Virus record (IMG/VR): IMGVR_UViG_3300031972_002446
Span: 64,001-128,000 of that record
Direction: 5' to 3' (one strand)
Source: a virus
Length of the DNA: 64,000 nucleotides
Shown: positions 56,002-64,000 of the stretch, piece by piece
How the letters are laid out: each line of letters begins with the position of its first letter
Numbering within the stretch: the first letter of the stretch is position 1
Translations under genes and position numbers: made by a program
Notes under the pieces: generated by a model
Seen by the model: only the letters and a program-made list of their open reading frames with translations
Database searches by the model: none
What the model was told of the DNA's origin: nothing

Positions 56002-57942
56002 ATGAATAAAAAATATGAAATAAACTACACTTTTCCTAATTGCTTATCAGAATATAGTGGTACTATATCTATCACAGATTTAACGAATGGTAATTTATCC
56101 ATGACATGGTTGAATTTACCAGAAACAGCTGTGATAAATAGTAAAGGTATGTCTGTTAATAATTTACAATGCGGCATATATGAATTGGATATATACGACA
56201 CTAGCACAGATCAAAACCACAAAGAAATTATAGATATTACATGCTTTAACGACCTAACCCTCGATCTTGTACAAATAGATGACTTAAATTGTATAAATGA
56301 TATGGGCGTTTTAAATATTAGTTGGTCTGGAGGACAGGCTCCTTATAAAGTGTCTTTAAATTCTGATAGTGTCTCAACTAACGATACTCATTTATCTTAT
56401 GATATTATAGCTAATAAAAAATACAAATTAACTATTAAAGATAGTAATAACTGCATACTGAGCAAATCAGATATTATAAAAACTATTAAACCCATGAAAG
56501 TTGAAATAGGTTGGGAATCTATTAAACATAATGGTGGTGTTTCTGGAGATGTTTTTTATAAAATTCAAGGAGGTGTTGAGCCATATAAAGTAGCTTGGTT
56601 TACCCAAAAAGATACCAATCATCCATTAATTATAAATCAAAATCATATTCAAAATAAACTACAAAGTAATCATTATAAACTAATGGTAACAGACTCTGTT
56701 GGATGTTCTATAGATAAATCTTTCTATATTTCAGAACCACCTCCTATTATTGTACAAACTAAAGAATCTGCTGATTATAGTTTTAAAGCAACTTATCCTA
56801 ATATCAAATCAAAAAGTTTCTATAATTTAATATTATTAAATAATTATGATAAACCTATAAAATATTTATTAAATAAAAAAATTACTTTAAAACATAAAAA
56901 TATTAATAGTAAACAAAAAATTATTATGAATTATGGAAATATAACACTAGATGGTGTTGATTATCAGTACTTTTATATTAATCCAGGAATACCTGCTCTT
57001 AAAAGCTCGAACTCTGAATTGATAATAGAAGATGGTGATGATTCAGAAGCATTGCTTTTATCTCATGATATAAATTTTAATAATCAAAATAAATTGCTGG
57101 TAGGTTCTGTTATATTATCAGATATTTATGATTATATATTTCATGATAATGATATAGTAGAAATTATAGATAATGATGGAAATACGCTAAAAACTTGTAT
57201 AGATCAAGCACATAACCAGGCTCAATTGTATGACAATATTAATGCTTCTACAGTAATTAATTTTATTAATAGGGATAATTCTGAATCAGAAGATATTCTT
57301 AAATTATTAAATAATAGAAAATCACTTAATAATAATCAAATTAAATGCTTAACAACAAAATATAATAATAAGATGGGTGAACTACATTGTTTAATTCACG
57401 GTGGGGACAAACAGACTCTTAAGTTAGATATTCTATATTCAGATGGTAATGTTGATACTTATGATATAGACAATAATAGTATTATTTTAAAGAATTTAAC
57501 ACATGGTACGTATAGAATTAAAGTTTATGATAAGTATAATATAGCGCATGAATATAATAGAATATATACAGGTGAATATTATGAATTCGACATTATGTCT
57601 TCTTTTGATGAAGAACAGGAAAATTGTAAGATAGCAGCTATATCTAAGTATAATTTAGATCCTAGTTTTCTGAATAGATATGATCAAACTCCTAGTAAAT
57701 TATTATTTACATCACCAGAATTCAAAAACGGGGTATTAATTAATATATCTCCTTCAGAGTCTTGTTATGATATTATTGATGATGAAGGTAATGTTATAGA
57801 GGATTGTGGATATAAGGTTATAAATTTGGAATATGGTAAGTATAAAATATATGCACAGCACGAAGGACATGAATCTGTTGAAAAAGTGTTTTTCGTAAAT
57901 TCTCCTAAGGAATTAGTAACTATAGTATTAGAAAAGGAATAG
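56002..57942 (+). CDS. SprB-repeat-like beta protein, putative tail/adhesion component
   Basis: GG.APY..., GG..PY..W, G.Y...I.D.N.C, I.EP repeats. Confidence 0.6.
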   Translation: MNKKYEINYTFPNCLSEYSGTISITDLTNGNLSMTWLNLPETAVINSKGMSVNNLQCGIYELDIYDTSTDQNHKEIIDITCFNDLTLDLVQIDDLNCINDMGVLNISWSGGQAPYKVSLNSDSVSTNDTHLSYDIIANKKYKLTIKDSNNCILSKSDIIKTIKPMKVEIGWESIKHNGGVSGDVFYKIQGGVEPYKVAWFTQKDTNHPLIINQNHIQNKLQSNHYKLMVTDSVGCSIDKSFYISEPPPIIVQTKESADYSFKATYPNIKSKSFYNLILLNNYDKPIKYLLNKKITLKHKNINSKQKIIMNYGNITLDGVDYQYFYINPGIPALKSSNSELIIEDGDDSEALLLSHDINFNNQNKLLVGSVILSDIYDYIFHDNDIVEIIDNDGNTLKTCIDQAHNQAQLYDNINASTVINFINRDNSESEDILKLLNNRKSLNNNQIKCLTTKYNNKMGELHCLIHGGDKQTLKLDILYSDGNVDTYDIDNNSIILKNLTHGTYRIKVYDKYNIAHEYNRIYTGEYYEFDIMSSFDEEQENCKIAAISKYNLDPSFLNRYDQTPSKLLFTSPEFKNGVLINISPSESCYDIIDDEGNVIEDCGYKVINLEYGKYKIYAQHEGHESVEKVFFVNSPKELVTIVLEKE

Positions 57943-57944
57943 TA

Positions 57945-58871
57945 ATGTCTAGCTCTAAAGCTTTTAATTGTGAAATTGTAAATATATCATGTAATTTAGG
58001 TTTTGGTGCCAGTGAGTCTAGTGTAAATTTAACATTAGTAGAGTGTGGTACTCCTTATGATGGCTCTTTAGGTTGTGTATATACTATTAATGTTGGTGGT
58101 TTTAATTTTACTGGTGTTTTAGCTGATCATACTTATCAACAGTCTTCTTCAGGTTTGGTGTGGACAGTTAGACTTACTGATGGTAGGCAAAGTTTAACAA
58201 ATGTTTCGGTGATACTAAATGACTATTACTGTAATATTGATACTCCTAATTTAATTAATGTTTTAGCTTTGTTGGAGCCTTCTATTTGTGAATTCAGTTG
58301 CAGTGACTTTATGGCGTCTTTAAAAGACGATACCGGAATATTAATGCTGTATATTCTAAGAGCTCTTAATGGTCAATCATGTTTATTACCCGTTTGTGGT
58401 GTTACGCTTAATATAGATTTGTCTCAGGTGATTGATATATGTCCGGCATATTTAAAGATTAATGATACGCACTCTAATGTTTTAAACATAATAGATCAAG
58501 CTTGCCAGGAAGCTGGTTATGACTTTTTTATTCAAATTGAAGGCAGTTCTTTTGTAGCTGTTCCTATTAGTAAAAAAGTTGCTCCTCCATCCGGAGCTTT
58601 ACAAACTTTATTAAATACTATCTCTGCAAGTAACTGTGGTGGTGAAGCCAATATTGATTTTAGATATGGTGAAGAAGCAGCTTATGAACCAAGCAAAAAA
58701 TTTGTCATTGGAGAAAATATACACTATTTAATGCAAATAGATAAAGCGGGGGATTGTGATAATAAACCCAATGACGGAACAATTGGAGGCGTTCCCGATA
58801 CTGGTGTCATTGACGATCCGGTTGTTACAGGTTTAGCTCTAACACCATTACCAGAATATAAAGGAGATTAA
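57945..58871 (+). CDS. tail tip/baseplate hub protein, N-terminal-type domain
   Basis: LGFG...S.V.LTLVE, F.FTG.L, VRLTD.R..L..V.VIL. Confidence 0.55.
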   Translation: MSSSKAFNCEIVNISCNLGFGASESSVNLTLVECGTPYDGSLGCVYTINVGGFNFTGVLADHTYQQSSSGLVWTVRLTDGRQSLTNVSVILNDYYCNIDTPNLINVLALLEPSICEFSCSDFMASLKDDTGILMLYILRALNGQSCLLPVCGVTLNIDLSQVIDICPAYLKINDTHSNVLNIIDQACQEAGYDFFIQIEGSSFVAVPISKKVAPPSGALQTLLNTISASNCGGEANIDFRYGEEAAYEPSKKFVIGENIHYLMQIDKAGDCDNKPNDGTIGGVPDTGVIDDPVVTGLALTPLPEYKGD

Positions 58872-58874
58872 AGT

Positions 58875-61800
58875 ATGGCATGTTCAGTCAATATGTTTTT
58901 TGGTGAAAGGTTATTAGCCAATGGCACTTTTGAAATATTCATGTCTGAGCAAGATCAAGTATATATAGAGAATTATGATTGTACCATGATATCTAAAGCT
59001 CTTGGTTTAAATTTTACAGATTTTACATTAACAGAGGAAGAACTTTTAGCCACTGCTAGTATGTCGTGTTGGACTTCTTACATAGGAACCCCTACCGCCA
59101 ACCAAACAGAGCTTTTTGGGTATAAGGTTTTTGAATCTCTTTTTGGTGCTGACGGCTTAGCTAAGCTGCGTGACCTAGTAGCAGATAATTTTGAAGATTT
59201 AGCATTAAACCAAAATACTGGAGCTATGAATTCTCATATGAACTCTATAGCTAAAGAAGATGCGGCTGTTAATATCCCTAAATTAGAACAAGCTCATGCT
59301 TGGATTTCTAGTATACATAGTGATTTTTATGGAAAACAATACTTAATACAAATAGGAGACGATACGGCTGGGGTTTGTATTAAAGATAGATTTGGTAATA
59401 TTCCAGCAGGTAATATTAAAATTGAGTCTGAGGGTGGTTTATATTATTCTAGCGACTCTCCTGCTTCTGGTGGGGCGTGGCCAAATGCTGGACAGGTTCA
59501 GGTATTAGGTTTAAATGTAGGTTCTGAAACTTTATTATTTCAAGAATCGGATAATCGTATAGGCGCTTTTGTTAAACTATCAGATTATAAAAATGTTTCT
59601 AAGTATAATCATACATGGGAAGTTGATTTATCTTCTTTAAGTGATGATAATTTTTATAAACAGGGAGAAGACTTATTTATTAAAGCTGGCTTATCAGACG
59701 CCTTGTATCAGTATGATAACAAACAATATATTTTACTAGAAATGTCTGCTGTCCCCAGATTGCAGATTAAAGGGGATGGTGAGCTATGCCCGGCTAATCT
59801 TATGAGTCAAGGCGCTATTGCTGTGATGGCTTTATTTGAAAGTCATTACAGTGATGTTGATACAGCTCTTCAGGATATATTTTGTGATGACCCAAATAAC
59901 ACTAAGAACGGTACTGTTCCTAATAGATCAGCATTTAATGTTTTAAATAGTAATAAGCCTTCTATAGTTCCAGATAATTTTATCTGTCCTATGAAAAGCA
60001 ATTTATTTGTATATGGTCCCTGGTTTCATCAAACAAATCCAGTTGGAGGCACAATAGTAGATCCTAATAAAGAATTATGTCCTTGGAGATTTAGCGATGG
60101 TAATGATGATGGTTATACTAGAATGGATGTATATGGAAACTTAATAGCAAATGATGGACCTAGAGGTTTACAGAAGCAAGAATCTGGTTCTATTACAGTA
60201 GCAGCATTACCTTCTTATAATCTCGGTCATATAGTTGCACAAAATGCGGCTACTCTTACTGATATTAGTATTAGCATAGGTGAAAGTGGTTATACAACTA
60301 CTTATAATTTTCAAACATATACTCCAAAATTCGGTAGTCCTGGTAGAGCATTAAAGGATTTATGGTCTAAAAGCTATCAATCGATGTCTTATTTAAATAA
60401 ATATTTTAAAGATCAAAAATTAGAATTAAATAAATTAATTAATAATAATGATATCAGATTACAAGATGCACAAGCTAGAAGATTTGATGTTGATGGTGCT
60501 GTTAGTAGTGGCGTTTCTGAAGATGCTGGTAAAGGAGCTACAACATCATCAAGTAGTCCGGGTGTTATTTTATTTTCTGGATTTTTCTACAGAGATAAAG
60601 AAGATAATGCGCAAGGAGGTGCGGATTCACATGATGGATCGTCAGTTGAGATGACTCCTTGTTCTAAATGTAGAGACAGCACTACTGACCAAAACATCCC
60701 TGAGAAATCTGTAGACTCTGACGGTAATATTTTACAGAATAGACCATTTTCTATGTTGGAGAAAGCATATAGTTGGGAACATATTAAAGAAAATACTTTT
60801 AAAAGATTAGCTTTATCAAGTTTAGATTTAATTTTTGGAGGCATTAGCACGAAAACTCAAGAGGATCAAGAAGCAGAACTACCCAGACTATCATTATATA
60901 CAAATTATGATGCCGATTATTCAGAATGGTCGGATAAAGAAGATGATGAGGATCCTGGAAGACCACCTAAGTCTAGACCAAGATTAGAAATACCTCCTTT
61001 TGAATTTATGAATGAATTAGAGTACGACCTACCCATACATCAGCAATATTTAAATAGTGTTACTTCGGGAACCATGTTAAGTAGCTGGGACGATAGATCT
61101 AATTCTAGCACTAAAGGATTTATTGCGTATTTAATTAGTGCTGGTGAAACATATGAAGATTTTAAATTAACTATTTTAGATGAAAATGAAACCGATAGAC
61201 AAGAATTTGATAATTTTAGATATAATGCTTTAAGAGGACCTTTAACTCTACAGTCTTGGGGTTACGACACATCTGGAAAACCTATCCCTAACGCCATAGA
61301 CTCAGCTAACAACACAGAACGAGGTAAGTTTAGAAGAAAAGGACTCAAAGACAAGTTTTTAAAAGATTGGCTTGAAAATCCCAAATCATGGCCTGTAGGA
61401 CCTATAGATTTAAGATGGGACAGAGAAAGAGGGGTTTGGGTATCTCCTCCAGCCAATAAAATTGTGGTAGCTAGATTGACGCAAAATTTGAATAAATTTG
61501 GTGTCGCAGAAGCTGAGCTTATAGATCCAGAAGCTGGTTCAGCTTCGTTCTACGAGTATTATGATATATGGGATAAAGATGGCAGAAATATTAAAGTTGC
61601 ATTAACTAAAACTAAAATTAAAGTATATGATTTTCTTGGTATCGACTTATGTAAATGCGATCATGTTTATGCTTACTATGACGATAATAGATATATCGTT
61701 TTAGAAAGTAGTAGAGCTTATAAAGACCCCAATGAGCTATGTTGTACAACAGCAACTCCTGTTCCTTCGCCTCACACAACAATACCAACTTCGTGTTGGT

Positions 61801-61952
61801 GTAATTTAGAATGTCTACAGACTCTTAAAGGATATCAAGAAGGTAAGCATCAAGCTTTGGTTCATAAGTCTGAAACTGGTGGTCCCGATTGTTTAGTTTG
61901 GGAAGATATTGTTGAATGCTATACACCCCCTCCTGAGCATTTTATAGAATAA
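58875..61952 (+). CDS. large tail tip/central fibre protein
   Basis: 1025 aa; YGPW, G.TTTY.F.TYTP.FG, LRGPL....WGYD..G, GPIDLRWD..RGVW. Confidence 0.6.
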   Translation: MACSVNMFFGERLLANGTFEIFMSEQDQVYIENYDCTMISKALGLNFTDFTLTEEELLATASMSCWTSYIGTPTANQTELFGYKVFESLFGADGLAKLRDLVADNFEDLALNQNTGAMNSHMNSIAKEDAAVNIPKLEQAHAWISSIHSDFYGKQYLIQIGDDTAGVCIKDRFGNIPAGNIKIESEGGLYYSSDSPASGGAWPNAGQVQVLGLNVGSETLLFQESDNRIGAFVKLSDYKNVSKYNHTWEVDLSSLSDDNFYKQGEDLFIKAGLSDALYQYDNKQYILLEMSAVPRLQIKGDGELCPANLMSQGAIAVMALFESHYSDVDTALQDIFCDDPNNTKNGTVPNRSAFNVLNSNKPSIVPDNFICPMKSNLFVYGPWFHQTNPVGGTIVDPNKELCPWRFSDGNDDGYTRMDVYGNLIANDGPRGLQKQESGSITVAALPSYNLGHIVAQNAATLTDISISIGESGYTTTYNFQTYTPKFGSPGRALKDLWSKSYQSMSYLNKYFKDQKLELNKLINNNDIRLQDAQARRFDVDGAVSSGVSEDAGKGATTSSSSPGVILFSGFFYRDKEDNAQGGADSHDGSSVEMTPCSKCRDSTTDQNIPEKSVDSDGNILQNRPFSMLEKAYSWEHIKENTFKRLALSSLDLIFGGISTKTQEDQEAELPRLSLYTNYDADYSEWSDKEDDEDPGRPPKSRPRLEIPPFEFMNELEYDLPIHQQYLNSVTSGTMLSSWDDRSNSSTKGFIAYLISAGETYEDFKLTILDENETDRQEFDNFRYNALRGPLTLQSWGYDTSGKPIPNAIDSANNTERGKFRRKGLKDKFLKDWLENPKSWPVGPIDLRWDRERGVWVSPPANKIVVARLTQNLNKFGVAEAELIDPEAGSASFYEYYDIWDKDGRNIKVALTKTKIKVYDFLGIDLCKCDHVYAYYDDNRYIVLESSRAYKDPNELCCTTATPVPSPHTTIPTSCWCNLECLQTLKGYQEGKHQALVHKSETGGPDCLVWEDIVECYTPPPEHFIE

Positions 61953-61971
61953 ATTTATACATTTCAAAGTA

Positions 61972-62006
61972 TAAAAAAAAGGCAACAGAATTAACTGCTG
62001 CCTTTA
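61972..62006. terminator. bidirectional terminator between convergent blocks
   Basis: A8-GGCAACAG-AATTAA-CTGCTGCC-TTT. Confidence 0.7.
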
Positions 62007-62032
62007 AAATATACTATAAAGAGATAATAGTA

Positions 62033-62356
62033 TTATTTTTTATTAGGCTCCCATTTGTACCAGCCGTTATTAGGAAGGTATTTACCATCTGCATCTTTTC
62101 TTTTAGGAAAGAGAGTTCCTCCTTTTTTGTGCTGGCCATACGATAGAAGAGCGCCACAATCCATGCATCTTAATTCATAATATTCGTTGTCATCTACAAC
62201 CCTTACTACAAATTTGATATTCTCAGATCCACATACTCCACATTTTTTTTCAGAAAAAATTTCTTGAACCATTGCAAGTTCTTTGAAAATCTCTTTCTGA
62301 CCAGTTCCTTCTAGTTCGAATTCCAATTTATCATTAGGTTTAAATTTTAATTTCAT
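62033..62356 (-). CDS. Zn-ribbon protein
   Basis: CGVCGS and C.DCGA pairs; LFPKRK, GW.KW. Confidence 0.7.
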   Translation of the reverse strand: MKLKFKPNDKLEFELEGTGQKEIFKELAMVQEIFSEKKCGVCGSENIKFVVRVVDDNEYYELRCMDCGALLSYGQHKKGGTLFPKRKDADGKYLPNNGWYKWEPNKK

Positions 62357-63087
62357 ATTATACTCCAGTTGTTAACGTATCCTCGAAATACAGTAGGTAT
62401 TTCTTCTGTTTTTTGTTGATATCCAGATAACTCTCTAATAACCTTCAGAGCGTCCCCATGCAATATGCTTTTTATATTATCTGTTTTTATATCTAATGAT
62501 TTAATAATTTCTAATACATTAATATCTAATCTTTTAGCTATTACATCAATAAAATTGATCTGATTATTAGTAATTTTGGTAACATTATCTGCACCGATGT
62601 CGTCTTCTGTAGTATCTACAACCTCTTCAGCAGCAACAACTTTTCTTAATCTTAAACCTCGTCGTAATGCCCTACCTTCTGCTCTAGTTTCAGCTACCGC
62701 AACAGGATGATTTCGAAAAACCTTGTCGCAATTACCCCAATATACATCTGCTGCGCCATTAATAGTTCTAATTCTCAAAGAATCGTTTAAAGATTTATCG
62801 TTTAGGTAATAACTTAAAGAGTGTATGACAGTAGCTCTTTTTTCATTACTTGGTTGAGGAGACTGCACAACTTCTGATGTAGATTCTATAATAACACAAT
62901 CTAGTGCTAATTCAAATATTCTCCTCAATCCATCGGTTGTTGGGTTACCACTGATTTTCTCATCTTCCGATAAAAAACCTAAAACATGGTCTGTCCATCC
63001 TATATCTGTGATTTTAGGCTCTTCTAGTTTAGTAGCCTTAGTCGTTGTTGTGGGTTCTTCTTTTTTAACCGCTTTAGTTCTAGGCAT
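62353..63087 (-). CDS. putative ssDNA-annealing (Rad52/Sak-like) protein
   Basis: G.AD......, A.AETRAEGRALR..L....AAEE motif; C-terminal IT..QI..I helical domain. Confidence 0.5.
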   Translation of the reverse strand: MPRTKAVKKEEPTTTTKATKLEEPKITDIGWTDHVLGFLSEDEKISGNPTTDGLRRIFELALDCVIIESTSEVVQSPQPSNEKRATVIHSLSYYLNDKSLNDSLRIRTINGAADVYWGNCDKVFRNHPVAVAETRAEGRALRRGLRLRKVVAAEEVVDTTEDDIGADNVTKITNNQINFIDVIAKRLDINVLEIIKSLDIKTDNIKSILHGDALKVIRELSGYQQKTEEIPTVFRGYVNNWSII

Positions 63088-63872
63088 TATTTGTCCTCTA
63101 TTTCTATAGATGTAGTTGAAGATTTGTTTATAGTATTAATCGCCTCAATAAGTTTATGGTACAACATTAAAGATCTAGAATTAGAAAAATCATTGGTTTG
63201 CTTCACTCTAACTAACTTCCAACCCCTACCTATGATAAGCCCGCTTTTCTTTTGGTCGTATTTTCGATTTCTATCGAGAACATCTTGACCCCAAACTGGC
63301 AGAAAGTGTGAAGGACCATCAACCTCTATTGCTATATTCATTGTAGGTAGAAATAGGTCAATTTGCAATTTAGTATTTGCTAATACTTGTTCTTTATGAA
63401 ATTCTACTTTATATCCGTCTTTGATAAGTTCTTGTAGGATAAAGTGTTCAAGCTTCGAGCCTATTTTACTACTATTTCTTACAGCATCATTCGCTTTAGC
63501 AAGCATATCAGCTTTTTGCTCTTCGCTTTTTTGTTCCCATAATATTTTAGACTTTGCTCTTTTTTCGTCCTTAGTTTTCTGATCGGCCTTCGCCCAATTC
63601 TGTAAAATTTTAGTACCTATTTTATCTTTTTCCTCTTGAGATCTTTGTTTACCTTTTGTTGGATGTTTATGAACACCCTTTTCTAAGGCATTCTTTTGAG
63701 CTTGTGATTTACTTCTAATTGGTATATGAAGTCTCTTTGCGTCTCGCAAAATCTTATTAGTATAAGTATCAAATTGTTTTGCAATAGCCTGAAAACTTTT
63801 AGACTCGTCTAGATATAAGTCTGTAATAATTTTTAATTTTTCTTTATCGTTTAATGAATCATATTTACTCAT
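63087..63872 (-). CDS. HTH/NUMOD + Vsr/DUF559-like endonuclease (homing-type)
   Basis: SFQAIAKQF HTH, KGKQRS.EEK.KI, SKLE, IDLFLP...AIEVDG.SH, D.KK...GWKLVR. Confidence 0.75.
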   Translation of the reverse strand: MSKYDSLNDKEKLKIITDLYLDESKSFQAIAKQFDTYTNKILRDAKRLHIPIRSKSQAQKNALEKGVHKHPTKGKQRSQEEKDKIGTKILQNWAKADQKTKDEKRAKSKILWEQKSEEQKADMLAKANDAVRNSSKIGSKLEHFILQELIKDGYKVEFHKEQVLANTKLQIDLFLPTMNIAIEVDGPSHFLPVWGQDVLDRNRKYDQKKSGLIIGRGWKLVRVKQTNDFSNSRSLMLYHKLIEAINTINKSSTTSIEIEDK

Positions 63873-64000
63873 TAATAATCTCCTGAATACTTTTTATAAA
63901 ATTTTCATCTTCTTGTTTCACAGATACAGTCCTATAGTCTTTTAGTTTATCCCCACCTTCATCTTCTGATAATAAAATTATATTATCTTTAGTGAACCCT

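Noticed and set aside
58860-58880. Stop read-through joining 57945..58871 and 58875..61952 (same frame, TAA-AGT-ATG)
   Set aside because: TAA is a strong stop and the downstream gene has its own AAGGAG RBS at proper spacing; two genes (perhaps an ancestral split) is simpler
17365-61456. Short minus-strand ORFs within structural genes
   Set aside because: Antisense shadows of long, codon-biased plus-strand genes
1-64000. Specific host assignment
   Set aside because: The motifs only imply a host with RpoD and probably FliA and RpoN; nothing in the window fixes taxonomy without a database search

Overview
This window is a 64-kb slice of a large, AT-rich tailed dsDNA phage genome, probably a siphovirus: it has tail-tube and tape-measure genes but no sheath gene in view. 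It falls into four parts. (1) About 1-15,050 is a minus-strand early/host-takeover region of short genes (DUF932, a PRTase, an Api92/DUF1281-like protein, GP88-like, small Zn ribbons), three tRNAs (Lys-UUU, atypical Ile-UAU, Arg-UCU), one tRNA-like element and two unannotated, highly structured ~300-nt RNAs. (2) About 15,050-17,000 is a repeat-rich non-coding segment followed by a GIY-YIG+HNH nuclease, just before the switch to the plus strand. (3) About 17,000-61,950 is the plus-strand late region: a duplicated pair of Gly-Ser 'GSGY' and CxCxC Cys-rich genes, a sigma70-family factor, terminase, portal, protease/scaffold, capsid, neck, two paralogous tail tubes, a 4205-aa tape measure and tail-tip proteins. 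(4) From ~62,000 is the end of a convergent minus-strand block. The most striking unannotated signal is the intergenic grammar of the early region. About 15 copies of a sigma28/FliA-like bipartite element (STAAAG...CGATA, near-constant spacing) are interleaved in shifting registers with consensus sigma70 promoters. The same spacers carry 8 sigma54-like -24/-12 sites, GC boxes, 27-bp IHF-like palindromes and a fixed-length 48-bp motif, which together suggest modular multi-sigma promoter cassettes. Other highlights are silk/VEGF-C-like CxCxC proteins and a DnaJ J-domain embedded in the tape measure. All calls were made by eye from motifs; no database search or folding program was run.
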